Numbered from the whole stretch's first letter, positions 51,233-61,114 are shown. The stretch: 61,114 nt of DNA, filler included, from Pseudobdellovibrionaceae bacterium (GCA_030591685.1; 3 parts of 3 records of this genome joined end to end with filler, not necessarily neighbours in it); one strand, 5' to 3'. Numbers and translations are program-made. Notes: generated by a model not told the origin, from the sequence alone.

Positions 51233-54200
51233 CTATAACTTTTTAAGTATCCAGTTTAAGAAAAATTCACTTTCAGTCATGCCGATTTGTGACCGTACAT
51301 CATTTAAGACACCAGAGTGCCGCTCACTGCCAAAGCGCCCAATTGAATTTGAAATTAAAGTTTGGTCCCCGTTTTCGTCACCCCGTCTAAACCCTTGTAT
51401 TTTAGAATATATATAAATATTCTCCTCGCCACCAATAAGCTCAAACAAACCCTTTAAGCTAAATGATTTTTCAGCGAGATTTACCATCTGCAAGGCGTAC
51501 TTTGAAGATTTGCTGGCTCTACCTTTTTTTATATTATATAAATAGCGGTTTTTTGAATAAATTAAAACTCTTTGGGCTCTTTCGAGGGCTCTTGACCTTA
51601 GGCGAGAGTGTTTTTTAAAGATCTCTTTTATTCTATAATCTGAAAGACTAGCTAAATAATGGATACCCTTTTCATATATATTTAGTAGCACATCTACAGA
51701 GTACAGTTGAATGCTTTTAGTCTCATTAAAAGCAGTACTTGGATAAAACGAAAATCCGTATTTATTTGAAATTGAATCTATTAGTTTGTTGGCCTTTGCT
51801 TTAGAAATTCCCCACCCTTTCCAGCGGTAATTTATTTGCACAAAGGAGTCTTTTAAAACCTTTCTTTCAACGCTCGCCTCAAAGTTAACCTGTCTAAATT
51901 TAGAGTGACCGAAAATGCTATCCCCGGGGTTTCCATTGTTTGAGGCTCCAATAAGTATCTCTTCTTCGGTGTATTCATTTAAAAGGCCATTTAAAACATC
52001 TAAACCCATTTGCTGGTAATCCACTCCAGAACGGCGACCCTCTGTTCTTCGTATAAAAGAATAATCCTCACCCTTAGGGGTCTTTAGATCAATTAAGTTA
52101 CTTTGCTTAAGGCCCAGAGACCGCCAGTGAAAAAATTTAAATCTAGAGGATTTCTCCTTAAATTTATATTTTACTATATAGGGTTTACTGGACTCTTCTA
52201 CAAGCTCAAGGGAGTTACTTTTAAATAGGCTATGTAGTGCGACAATAGAACTTAACGCCTCGGGGTTTAACTCTAGGTCAGCATCGATATTAAGAGAGTA
52301 AAATTTTGTTTTTGCCTTACCGCTCATATACTCAAGGTCTACGCTGGCGACGGGTATATAGCTTTCAATGCCGAGAACTACGCCTATAGACTTAACGCCA
52401 CCCTGGTCCTTATATATCTGTATTGTGTTTTCGCTGGAGCGTAATATATGTAGCCTTGAGAGGACCTGCTGTTGTGCTAAAAATTTTAAATATAAATCTA
52501 TATTTTCAGCCAATCCGTATCCTACTTTTATGTTAAGCCCCGCCCCTAATGAGTCTGAAAGAATTAAGGACTCACCCACTTCAAGAGATTTTTTAAATTC
52601 ATTTATGACTTCAACAATAAGGTCCTCATCCTCATCTTCTGAAATTCGTCCTGCTACTACACGGTTTAAAATGGACGCGTACTTTTTATTAAGCAAAGGG
52701 ACAATCATGTTTTTAAAAGGTTCTTTAAGGGCTTTTTTCATGCTCTTAATCGGTTTCAAATGTGTATAAGTGCGTGTAAAAAATAGTTTAGCCGCACCTG
52801 AGACTTGCCACCCTTCCGGGGCACCAACACCAGAAAACACAAGGCCCGCGTCTACAGAAAACCCTATTGTGTCTGCCAGCTGTACTCTGTTATCAGCACC
52901 TAAATAATTGCCCACGACAATATCTCTTGCCGCTATTACTCTGCCTGAAGCGGTCGGTAGAGACCAAAACCCAAAAGAGGTTTCTTTGTTCTCTCCGGTT
53001 TTTAGATAATTTAAAAACCTTTTTTTTGATTCACCTAATTGATGTTCATAAAACTTATTTTTAATATCAACACTTGGTATAAGGTCATCATTAATTCTTT
53101 GTACAAAGTTAGATATAATATTAGATAGAAATTTTGATTTAAAAAAAGACTTTAACTCTGAGCCTGACAATGGCGATTGTGGATCTCCAAATGAAAACCG
53201 AGACCCGTACCCCGACCAGTCCTGTTTTAGCAATTTACCCTTTTTTAAGAACTCCCCATAGCTAATTTTAGAATTAAAAGGGATATCTTTGGCCTCGGGC
53301 TCTTCATTGATTGAAAAATACTTAGCATAGTGATTACGACGTGATATTAATTTTTCGACCAACAGCTTTTGCACGGCCTGCGGGGTGTTTGACTGAGAGG
53401 CGATCTCTATAAAATCAACTCGGGTGAGTTTTAATAGTTTTCTAATAATCCACTTTGCGTCGTTGACTGTTGTTGTAAAACCGTCAGCACGCTCATAAGG
53501 CAAGTGAACGTGCCCGTCAATTATGCGCCCCGGATGCCAAGCAAATAAATTTACACTCTCCGGTACATCGACTAAATTAAAAGGCACAAGCAATGCGTTT
53601 AAAATACGTCGACCTTTTATAAAGCTCTCTGGCACGTAGCCTAGAGCAAGATTTTGAGTGATATTATCATTTTTTAACACAACAACATCTTGAAGGGTCA
53701 TGAACTCTGCGTCTTCATCGTCACTATTAGTAACCCACCGGCTTGAGGCTCCTGCTGTAGACATATTAATCCGCTGAAGCACTGATTTTTTTGTGGCTGG
53801 ACCAATTTTAACTGTTAAATTTTTAATATATTTTATTTCAGGCACATTATAGCCCAATTTTCTAAGTAGAGCTTTTCTCATAAGTACATTGTGTACAAAT
53901 TTACTCAGCATTATTGTAAATGTTTGAGGTTCATTTTTTGAAGAGTACTTAATCACACTCATCCTGTAGCGCCCACCTCCTGAGCTGACTTCGGATAAAA
54001 ACTCTACCTCGTCGCCTATGTTTAGCCCTACTTCATCAAGACTCTTATCCACGGGCAAAGAGGGCTTGTTTTTCCAAATTGCGGGTGTATTCTCAGCATA
54101 GGTGTCATCGGGGTTAAGGCGTGATATATCAACTTGTCCACTTTTATGTAACTCAAAAGCCTCATCAGGTAAAAGTACCTCGCCTTTATATACTAAATCA

Positions 54201-54316
54201 GTTGCGGGCCTTCGAGTTATTTTTTTAGGTATTGCTCCTGGAAAGTCACCAACAGATGTTGCGAGAGTCTCTGAAGTTTGAAAAAGAAAACATATTAAAA
54301 TAATTATTTTTTTCAC
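51233..54316 (-). CDS. Large secreted hypothetical protein (~1027 aa)
   Basis: GTG 54316 after a G-rich SD gives signal peptide KKIIILICFLFQTSETLA; ends 11 nt before the S8 gene. Confidence 0.8.
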   Translation of the reverse strand: MKKIIILICFLFQTSETLATSVGDFPGAIPKKITRRPATDLVYKGEVLLPDEAFELHKSGQVDISRLNPDDTYAENTPAIWKNKPSLPVDKSLDEVGLNIGDEVEFLSEVSSGGGRYRMSVIKYSSKNEPQTFTIMLSKFVHNVLMRKALLRKLGYNVPEIKYIKNLTVKIGPATKKSVLQRINMSTAGASSRWVTNSDDEDAEFMTLQDVVVLKNDNITQNLALGYVPESFIKGRRILNALLVPFNLVDVPESVNLFAWHPGRIIDGHVHLPYERADGFTTTVNDAKWIIRKLLKLTRVDFIEIASQSNTPQAVQKLLVEKLISRRNHYAKYFSINEEPEAKDIPFNSKISYGEFLKKGKLLKQDWSGYGSRFSFGDPQSPLSGSELKSFFKSKFLSNIISNFVQRINDDLIPSVDIKNKFYEHQLGESKKRFLNYLKTGENKETSFGFWSLPTASGRVIAARDIVVGNYLGADNRVQLADTIGFSVDAGLVFSGVGAPEGWQVSGAAKLFFTRTYTHLKPIKSMKKALKEPFKNMIVPLLNKKYASILNRVVAGRISEDEDEDLIVEVINEFKKSLEVGESLILSDSLGAGLNIKVGYGLAENIDLYLKFLAQQQVLSRLHILRSSENTIQIYKDQGGVKSIGVVLGIESYIPVASVDLEYMSGKAKTKFYSLNIDADLELNPEALSSIVALHSLFKSNSLELVEESSKPYIVKYKFKEKSSRFKFFHWRSLGLKQSNLIDLKTPKGEDYSFIRRTEGRRSGVDYQQMGLDVLNGLLNEYTEEEILIGASNNGNPGDSIFGHSKFRQVNFEASVERKVLKDSFVQINYRWKGWGISKAKANKLIDSISNKYGFSFYPSTAFNETKSIQLYSVDVLLNIYEKGIHYLASLSDYRIKEIFKKHSRLRSRALERAQRVLIYSKNRYLYNIKKGRASKSSKYALQMVNLAEKSFSLKGLFELIGGEENIYIYSKIQGFRRGDENGDQTLISNSIGRFGSERHSGVLNDVRSQIGMTESEFFLNWILKKL

Positions 54317-54406
54317 TCTAGCTCCCCCCCATCGATGATAATAATCAAATCGCCCCACAATTATTTTCGCTAACTGTGGGACTTTTAAATAATAGTCTTA
54401 CTTACG

Positions 54407-55165
54407 TTACTTCATAAAAATATCGGTGATTAATTCGTTGATATGCTCAGGAGAGGTTTCATTAGTCTCTGCCGCTGTATCAATTAAGCTCTCAAGATTT
54501 TCGCTATCACCTTCAAGTGACTTTTTCATGGCCTCTTTAGCGTCAGTGATACTTACTCCTAAAATTTCTTTGGCAAATAAATCGTGGTCTTTGTCCGTCA
54601 TACCGCGCTTATCCATTTTGCCCCATTGATTGGCCAGCTTTGCCACCTCTAAGCTTCTAGATTCACTTAACCCGTATTCAGCCGCTAAAACCTCTGCTTT
54701 CTTTTTAACTACAATGGCTTCTTTTAATGCCGCCATTTTTTCTAAATCTTTTGAAGAGGTTTGAGTTTGCTCAAAAATAACACCTGAATAATAGTCTTGG
54801 TAATAATTGGCCCCGATATAATCTAAATCATAAAAGAAATCATTATCGTGCCAATCTAGAAAATTATAGATGTCCTCACCTGGGTTATAAAAAGTAAGAT
54901 CATACGCGTCGTAGGTATCCAGATCATAGTCGTAGACAACAATATAGTTCCACTTTTCAGTGTTGACCTTCATTAAGTCCACGTCATAACCGGCATCTAG
55001 GTTTAGACTGGTTACAAATTCTGAAGCTAGTTCACTGTGTGAGTAATAGGTGTTCGGTGGCACTGGTGTTGTTGGGTGAGAGACACTGCTGCTGCCCCCG
55101 CCGCCTTTACACCCTACAATTGCAACCGCTGCGCCTGTTACTATTAATGTTTTTAGTAGATTCAT
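54407..55165 (-). CDS. Lipoprotein, hypothetical (Tyr/Asp-rich middle, helical C-terminus)
   Basis: ATG 55165 after AAGGGGGA; lipobox IVGC followed by a G/S/P linker. Confidence 0.8.
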   Translation of the reverse strand: MNLLKTLIVTGAAVAIVGCKGGGGSSSVSHPTTPVPPNTYYSHSELASEFVTSLNLDAGYDVDLMKVNTEKWNYIVVYDYDLDTYDAYDLTFYNPGEDIYNFLDWHDNDFFYDLDYIGANYYQDYYSGVIFEQTQTSSKDLEKMAALKEAIVVKKKAEVLAAEYGLSESRSLEVAKLANQWGKMDKRGMTDKDHDLFAKEILGVSITDAKEAMKKSLEGDSENLESLIDTAAETNETSPEHINELITDIFMK

Positions 55166-55208
55166 GGTTTCCCCCTTATTAAGAATCAGTTTGATTAAAT
55201 TTGGGTAA

Positions 55209-55224
55209 AGCAAAATAGATGCCA
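55209..55224 (-). promoter_or_regulatory. Sigma54 (-24/-12) promoter
   Basis: TGGCAT-N5-TTGCT, 43 nt upstream of the lipoprotein ATG. Confidence 0.65.
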
Positions 55225-55712
55225 TAAAAAAAGAGCCCCAATGACACCAAAAAATTTATTTAAGCGACATTAATATGCAATTAAACGGGAATATCTAATT
55301 AACGCAAATGGTCGAAGCCCTAAAGTGGTGCAAAATGCCAATAGAGAGCCTGGCTTAATCGATGCTTTGTACCATTAATATTATAGAGGTACTTTTAATA
55401 CCCCTCACCACGCGCCCTGTATTTTAAAAAAATGAGGACCACACTTTAAACATTAAAGGTGAATTTGATAAATAGGCTGAGCTCTTCTCTCCTGAGTAAG
55501 CCCTTGTGAGGGTTCTGTGGATTTAAATCATGATTTTTTAAGTAACTCCTGGCTAAACACTTATGATTTCAAAAGCTTAGTTGAGTCTATAAAATATCCA
55601 TGCCTAGTAGCCCTAAGGTTTTGAATACATTTCTAAACTCTCTGATTTACTTACCAAAATTGTGAGTGGTTAGTTACTCTTAGGTTTTAATACACCTTGA
55701 GGGTCACTATTT

Positions 55713-56228
55713 ATGTCTTTATTAAAAAAAATGAGATTCACCACTGTTATTATTTTATTTTTTAGTCTTTCTTCTTTTGCAAACAATTCGGTAAACACAG
55801 AATTAATGGCTGACTTTGTGGTTATCGAAAAATTTCGTCGAAATCTGTCCCTCTACAAAAACAATAAACTTATTAAAGTTTATAATATTTCTCTAGGCGG
55901 ATCGCCTTTTGGGCACAAAAGTAAAGAGGGTGATTCCCGAACACCAGAGGGCCGTTATAAAATAAACTATAAAAAATCAGATAGCCGGTTTCATTTAGCA
56001 TTACAAATTTCATACCCAAATAAATCTGACCGAGCTACGGCCTTAAAAGCAGGGAACTCTCCTGGTGGGTCAATTATGATACATGGCCTCGGCCCCGAGT
56101 ATGATTGGGTCGGCCGCCTACACGCTCTCGTTGATTGGACCGATGGATGCATCGCTGTGACAAACGAAGAGATTGAGGAGATTTTTAAACTCGTACCCCA
56201 GGGTACTGAAATTTGGATCCTACAATAA
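55713..56228 (+). CDS. L,D-transpeptidase family (YkuD) protein
   Basis: GDSRTPEG, IMIHG and WTDGCIAV catalytic His/Cys; signal peptide. Confidence 0.9.
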   Translation: MSLLKKMRFTTVIILFFSLSSFANNSVNTELMADFVVIEKFRRNLSLYKNNKLIKVYNISLGGSPFGHKSKEGDSRTPEGRYKINYKKSDSRFHLALQISYPNKSDRATALKAGNSPGGSIMIHGLGPEYDWVGRLHALVDWTDGCIAVTNEEIEEIFKLVPQGTEIWILQ

Positions 56229-56521
56229 ATACTAAAATTTTTATTTTTTTGACTCTTTAATTAGTTTTCCTCTCAAGTATTGTTCTCTTAGCAATACGCC
56301 TCCCAAACATGCGAGCTATTCAAAGTAGAAGATTTGATGAAATCATTTTTTTTGTAACAGCCTAGTAGCAAATCCCTTTGTCGTTTTTAATGAGGCATTA
56401 CACATTAAGTGAGCATTATGTGCATGTTAAAACCCCTAAGAACAAGCTCTATATATATTGATTGAATATATAATATTTATCTCTTAGGCTTAGTTTAAAT
56501 AGATTTACCGGAGGCGCTCTT

Positions 56522-57175
56522 TTGAACCCTATGTATAACTACTGTGACAATCACCCCAAAGGCACAGATAAAACACATAATTGTGAGCTTATAGTACTTA
56601 CTGGAGGCCCTGGAGCTGGAAAGACAGCCGTACTAGAATCTTTTAAGCAATTACTCTGTGATTATATTGCGATACTGCCTGAGGCCGCCAGCATAGTTTT
56701 TAATGGGGGGTTTTGGAGGCTTGAGAGCGACAATGCTAAGCTCGCACTACAAAGGGCCATTTACCAAGTTCAAAAAGAAATTGAAAACCTTGTTCTTGGC
56801 GAAAGCAAATGGGGCATTGGGCTGTGTGACCGGGGCACTCTAGATGGCCTAGCTTATTGGGTGGGAAGTGAGTCCTCTTTTTGGGACACCTTCGAAACCA
56901 CTAAAGAAAAAGAGTACTCTAAGTACAAGGCCGTTTTACACCTGAGGACTCCAACTCTTGAACAAGGCTACAATCACCAGAACCCAGTGCGCCTTGAAAC
57001 GGCCACTGAAGCTAGAGAAATCGATCACCGGATCCATGATATATGGAAAGATCACCCTAACTACACCATTGTTAATAGCACTAACACCTTTTTAGAAAAA
57101 GCAAATAAAGCCTTTACGATTTTTGAGAACCTTATACCCGAGAGCTGTAAATGCAATTATGGTGCAAAGACTTAA
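56522..57175 (+). CDS. AAA_28 / NadR-like P-loop ATPase
   Basis: VLTGGPGAGKT and LCDRGTLDGLAY; TTG start after GGAGG. Confidence 0.8.
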   Translation: MNPMYNYCDNHPKGTDKTHNCELIVLTGGPGAGKTAVLESFKQLLCDYIAILPEAASIVFNGGFWRLESDNAKLALQRAIYQVQKEIENLVLGESKWGIGLCDRGTLDGLAYWVGSESSFWDTFETTKEKEYSKYKAVLHLRTPTLEQGYNHQNPVRLETATEAREIDHRIHDIWKDHPNYTIVNSTNTFLEKANKAFTIFENLIPESCKCNYGAKT

Positions 57176-57203
57176 AGTCCGTCAGATTTTTTTTTAAAAA
57201 CTA

Positions 57204-59105
57204 CTACGAAAAAATCTGATATACACCTACGGATAAAACATAAGCTAGAATATTAAATACCGTCAGTTGTATTAAGGCCATTTTAAAGCTTCCAAACTCA
57301 CTTATAGCAATACTTACTGTTGCCATACACTGAAGTGCAATCATAAAAAATACGACTAAAGCAAGTATGGCTGGCCAGGTGAATATAAGCTCTCCTGCTG
57401 TGCCATCTTCATTTACAAATCGCGCCTCGCGCATTTTTTCTAAAAGTGAAAGGGCCACAGCATCGTCATTGTCTTCAGTCACATTAAATACAACTGCTAG
57501 GCTTGAGACAAAGACCTCTCTCGCGGCAAAAGAGGTGATAATGCCTAAACCCACACGCCAATCAGCACCCATGGGCTTAAAAACGGGCTCAATGACTTTA
57601 CCAAAACTAGCCGCATAGCTAGCCTTAAACCTTTCATTCACATCTTTAATTTCATACTTTGGAAACGTCGACCCGGCCCAAATTAAAACTGACAAAATTA
57701 AAATCACCGGGCCCGCTCTTTTTACAAAGGCTAAGGTTCGGTCTAAAACACTCTTTATTACCTTTCTAAATACTGGCCTTCTGTAGGCTGGCAATTCAAG
57801 GGCAAAAAAAGAGGGTTCTGTTTTAGGTAAAAATTGATTTATTATAGCTGCAGTTATGGCCCCTATGATTATACTTAAAAAATATATAGCCGACATAACA
57901 AGCCCAGCAAGCAAAGCTGATTTACTTGAAAACAAAAAGGCGATTAAAAGGGCGTAAACAGGGATCCGAGCGCTACAGGTTAATAGTGGTAAAATAAAAA
58001 GAGTTACAAAGCGTTCTTTTTTATTTGGGATGGTTCGAGCCGCCATCATTCCAGGTACGGCACATGCAAAAGAGGAGAGTATAGGGACAAAGGAGCGCCC
58101 ATTCATCCCAACCATTGAGAGGGGCTTATCTATTAGGGTCGAAGCTCTTGCTAGGTAGCCTGAGTCTTCTAATAAACAAAGACCTAAAAATAAAATTGCA
58201 ATTTGAGGTATGAAGACAGCAAAAGCACCCACCCCCGTAATTAAGCCATTTGCTATAAATTCAAGAAAGAGACTTTCAGGACTCAGAGATAATATCAGCG
58301 CTGAAAAATCAGAAAACACACCGTCAACAAAATCAATAGCCGGGGCCGCTAACCAAAAAACTGAAGAAAAAACGGCGAACATAACAAGAAAAAAAATGAA
58401 AAGCCCGCCCGCTGGGTGAAGTATCCATTTATCAATTTTTTCACTCTTTCTAACATTAAAATCTTTAGGGAGCCTATTTTTTTGTTCTGATAAAATAATT
58501 TGATTTTTAATATTGTCGTATTTTTTAAATTTTTCTGAGTAAGTCGCAGAATCCCAAAGACTTTGATTGATTTGAGAGTTCTTTACACTCGCCTTTGATA
58601 TTATACTCGTTAATTTATCTACGTTTCCGCCAAGCTGACCATCTATACCAACAACAGGCACTTTCATATGGTCTGAAAGAGCCTCTATATCAATAGAAAA
58701 CCCCTCTTTTTTTAGTAAATCCACCATTGTAACGGCAATGATCACGTTAAACCCTGATTCAATTAGATGGTCAGCGAGTAATATTTGTCTCGTAAAATGC
58801 GTGGCATCGACAACAGCGACTATCACTTTATTTTTATTTACTACTTTGCCATTAAATAAAATATCGCACGTTACGTCTTCTTCGCTTGTCTTAGGGCTTA
58901 AGCTATAAATCCCAGGGGTGTCGTAAACGTCAAAATCAACTTTATAAACACCAAGAGGCTTACCCACTGCAAAATCAACAGTGGCCCCTGGGTAGTTAAC
59001 TGTTTTATACCTTGAACCCGTCACCCAATTGTAGAGTGTTGTTTTACCGGAGTTGGGCGCACCTACAAAAATTGCCACTTCATTGGTTAGGTTGTCTTTA
59101 TGCAT
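57204..59105 (-). CDS. feoB: Ferrous iron transporter FeoB
   Basis: GAPNSGKTT, NYPGATVD, DTPG, EDSGYLAR, CSARIPVY. Confidence 0.95.
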   Translation of the reverse strand: MHKDNLTNEVAIFVGAPNSGKTTLYNWVTGSRYKTVNYPGATVDFAVGKPLGVYKVDFDVYDTPGIYSLSPKTSEEDVTCDILFNGKVVNKNKVIVAVVDATHFTRQILLADHLIESGFNVIIAVTMVDLLKKEGFSIDIEALSDHMKVPVVGIDGQLGGNVDKLTSIISKASVKNSQINQSLWDSATYSEKFKKYDNIKNQIILSEQKNRLPKDFNVRKSEKIDKWILHPAGGLFIFFLVMFAVFSSVFWLAAPAIDFVDGVFSDFSALILSLSPESLFLEFIANGLITGVGAFAVFIPQIAILFLGLCLLEDSGYLARASTLIDKPLSMVGMNGRSFVPILSSFACAVPGMMAARTIPNKKERFVTLFILPLLTCSARIPVYALLIAFLFSSKSALLAGLVMSAIYFLSIIIGAITAAIINQFLPKTEPSFFALELPAYRRPVFRKVIKSVLDRTLAFVKRAGPVILILSVLIWAGSTFPKYEIKDVNERFKASYAASFGKVIEPVFKPMGADWRVGLGIITSFAAREVFVSSLAVVFNVTEDNDDAVALSLLEKMREARFVNEDGTAGELIFTWPAILALVVFFMIALQCMATVSIAISEFGSFKMALIQLTVFNILAYVLSVGVYQIFS

Positions 59106-59305
59106 AAAAGCTCCGATTTCCTTAGTGCCACCGCGGTATCACGAATCTGTACAACAATTGGCTCACCAAACGGCGAAAGGTGCAAAATTCGCACTTTTTC
59201 GCCAATTGTCACGCCAAGCTCCCTTAGCCTCTCTACGACAGCCTCTTGCCCCGAAAGGCCTGACACGAGGAGCTCATCACCAGCTTTTAATTTAATTTTT
59301 GACAC
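59087..59305 (-). CDS. feoA: Ferrous iron transport protein FeoA
   Basis: RLRELG, SPFGEPI, VALRKSE; overlaps the feoB start. Confidence 0.92.
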   Translation of the reverse strand: MSKIKLKAGDELLVSGLSGQEAVVERLRELGVTIGEKVRILHLSPFGEPIVVQIRDTAVALRKSELLCIKTT

Positions 59306-59429
59306 AAAGATTACCCCAATTTATTTTGAACAATATCCACGATTTATGACTTCAATACAAATAAGCGACTAAAATTAGCTCATTTAAATTTGGTAATGAA
59401 AGAGAACTGAAAAAATACTAATATAGTGG

Positions 59430-59448
59430 ATAAAATGTCTCATTTATT
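59430..59448. promoter_or_regulatory. Perfect palindrome upstream of feoAB, candidate operator
   Basis: ATAAAATG-TCT-CATTTTAT. Confidence 0.45.
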
Positions 59449-59546
59449 GAAATATCTATCACCCTCTTAATGTCGAGTTATATTTTTCTAGTCACTACAC
59501 CTTCAGGCAACTATGACTCATAGTTAATATAAAAATCAGGGGGTAG

Positions 59547-60362
59547 TTATTTATTAAAGGGCTCACAGGATCGAGTCGAAAAGTTTTTTAGTGCCTTACA
59601 TTTAAATAAATTTTTGCTTTTTAATCTATAAAAACTTATTGGCTTAAGTGAATCGCAAGCCTTTGGGTTGAGGTTATTAAAGTTGATTTTATTTGAGGTT
59701 ATTAATTCAATCATGGCCTCATAAAACACAGTAATATTATCTCTGATAGGTTGTACGACTGTAGTTAATTTTTTTTGGGGGTTAGCGGCTCCGTACCCAT
59801 GAGGGCACATTTCTTTATAAAAGGCTCTCTCGGGGGTCCAATTATATGAGAGAATTCTATAGAGGCCCGATAAAAGCCCTGTTCGGTCTTCACCAACGGT
59901 ACAATGAAAAAATAATATTCTTTTAGGGCTTTTAGAAATATTTTTTAAAATATTTAACGCTTGTATTGTTTGTCGGCAAGGGGTTTTAAAGTCATTAAAC
60001 TCTTTCCATTTGAACGGTATATGAGTGATTCGATCTCGAGAAATAAAATGATCTCCAGAACTCGTTTTCAAACTCATTAAGGCATTCATCTCATCTTGAA
60101 TAATCGAATCATCTTTAACTGACCTGAAGATTAAAATGTCAGTGACCCCCCACTTTAAAAGCTGGATATAGGCGGGTATTTTTTTTAACTCATCTACGGG
60201 GGCCATACCGCGAATAATGATTCCGTTACGAGTATCTAAAAAATGTGTGTTTGGTATGGTGGACTGACAAATTGAACTCTTCACTGGAGAGATAAACTTA
60301 ACAGGCCTGGAAAGGGCCACACTTGAAAACACCATGAGTAAAAATAATAGTGCAAACTTCAT
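59547..60362 (-). CDS. Secreted protein-tyrosine/dual-specificity-type phosphatase
   Basis: Signal peptide; HCTVGEDRTG (CX5R) loop. Confidence 0.8.
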   Translation of the reverse strand: MKFALLFLLMVFSSVALSRPVKFISPVKSSICQSTIPNTHFLDTRNGIIIRGMAPVDELKKIPAYIQLLKWGVTDILIFRSVKDDSIIQDEMNALMSLKTSSGDHFISRDRITHIPFKWKEFNDFKTPCRQTIQALNILKNISKSPKRILFFHCTVGEDRTGLLSGLYRILSYNWTPERAFYKEMCPHGYGAANPQKKLTTVVQPIRDNITVFYEAMIELITSNKINFNNLNPKACDSLKPISFYRLKSKNLFKCKALKNFSTRSCEPFNK

Positions 60363-60485
60363 GGCCTACTCTTATAAGTATAAATAGGCATATACAACAC
60401 AAATGGCTTAAAAATATAAACCGACCGTATTTAGTTAAAAAATTGCGCTTTATGTCTCATTTTACTCATTGTCTCTGCTATGGCA

Positions 60486-61112
60486 TTAACGACCTAGAAG
60501 TATCGCGTTAATACTCTTTTTTCTTAATGTTTTGATATTTTTTTTTGATTCCAAGTAGTTTTCCACTACAAACTGCTCTATTGCCAATTTATAGTCTGTT
60601 TTTTGTTTGCCTACAAAATCCAGGTAATGCTCCTGATTTTCTGCTCTAAGGACCTCGTACTCTGTTTGATAGGCATATCGCTCGGTTAAATAGTTGTACA
60701 GTGTTGTATCTATAACAGGGAGACCCTGCTTGTTATTCGATATTTGAAGGCTTGAGAGTTTATTTTTTATTTTTTGTATGTTTTTCTCCAAAAAAATATC
60801 AAATCGAGCATGAGACAGCTCATGAACAAAGTATGAAAATTGAATATTTATATTATCCATTTCTGGCAAATGTAACTCAGCATAATAGCCTTCACCTAAG
60901 CTCTTTGAAACTCTTTCCTTAACTGTTTCATTGAGTGCTTTTTTGGAATTTATTTTTCGAGGTTTTAGCGTTGTGCCTACATCAAAATTTTTGATATTTG
61001 TGGTTTCATAAGACTGAACTCCGATTTCATCAAGAGCGACTTTCATCGATGGGTCCTCTATTTTTTTTAATACAACACTCTCAGACTCAATAAACCATCT
61101 CACTAATTTTTT
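60486..61112 (-). CDS. Hypothetical HExxH-motif protein, C-terminal part (5' end outside window)
   Basis: Frame open to the window end; VHELSH and downstream ERYAY. Confidence 0.55.
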   Translation of the reverse strand, partial: KKLVRWFIESESVVLKKIEDPSMKVALDEIGVQSYETTNIKNFDVGTTLKPRKINSKKALNETVKERVSKSLGEGYYAELHLPEMDNINIQFSYFVHELSHARFDIFLEKNIQKIKNKLSSLQISNNKQGLPVIDTTLYNYLTERYAYQTEYEVLRAENQEHYLDFVGKQKTDYKLAIEQFVVENYLESKKNIKTLRKKSINAILLGR

Positions 61113-61114
61113 AG

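Noticed and set aside
55226..55712. Riboswitch (e.g. c-di-GMP) or sRNA in the long divergent intergenic region
   Set aside because: I could not match aptamer consensus elements by eye; an Rfam scan would be needed.

Overview
The window is three separately assembled pieces joined by artificial 100-bp linkers (44 N + TTAATTAATTAA + 44 N at 16674-16773 and 48323-48422), so adjacency across these points is unsupported. Protein signatures (RpoA N-terminus '[10 protein letters not shown]', a 'YQNCG' exported protein, many orphan secreted proteins) suggest a Bdellovibrionota-like bacterium; this is inference. Piece 1 (1-16673) is an accessory region. It holds a DUF1501 fragment, a frameshifted HExxH protease, a SqrR/BigR-like ArsR with a rhodanese, divergent RhlE/DbpA helicases, a membrane-anchored Mrr-like nuclease, a methyltransferase, DsbB/DsbA, a SWIM/J-like protein, a DEDDy exonuclease and a secreted R-S-E-type ADP-ribosyltransferase-like protein whose stop codon is the first three bases of an IS3-family element. 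Its intergenic DNA carries several degenerate repeat families: a GGTGACCGTCACC-like motif, a ~126-bp repeat, a 37-bp repeat and a G-quadruplex-like tandem. Piece 2 (16774-48322) is the core tRNA-tuf-secE-nusG-rplKAJL-rpoBC-str-S10-spc-alpha cluster. It lacks rpmG, rplX, rpsN, map, infA, rpsD and a second tuf at their usual positions, has a DUF1543-like gene between rpsG and fusA, and encodes an EF-G with degenerate domain IV loops. Piece 3 (48423-61114) encodes a subtilisin, a ~1030-aa secreted protein with a possible kinase-like fold, a sigma54-driven lipoprotein, an L,D-transpeptidase, an AAA_28-like ATPase, feoAB, a secreted phosphatase and a partial HExxH protein. All family calls are from motif recognition by eye; no searches were run.
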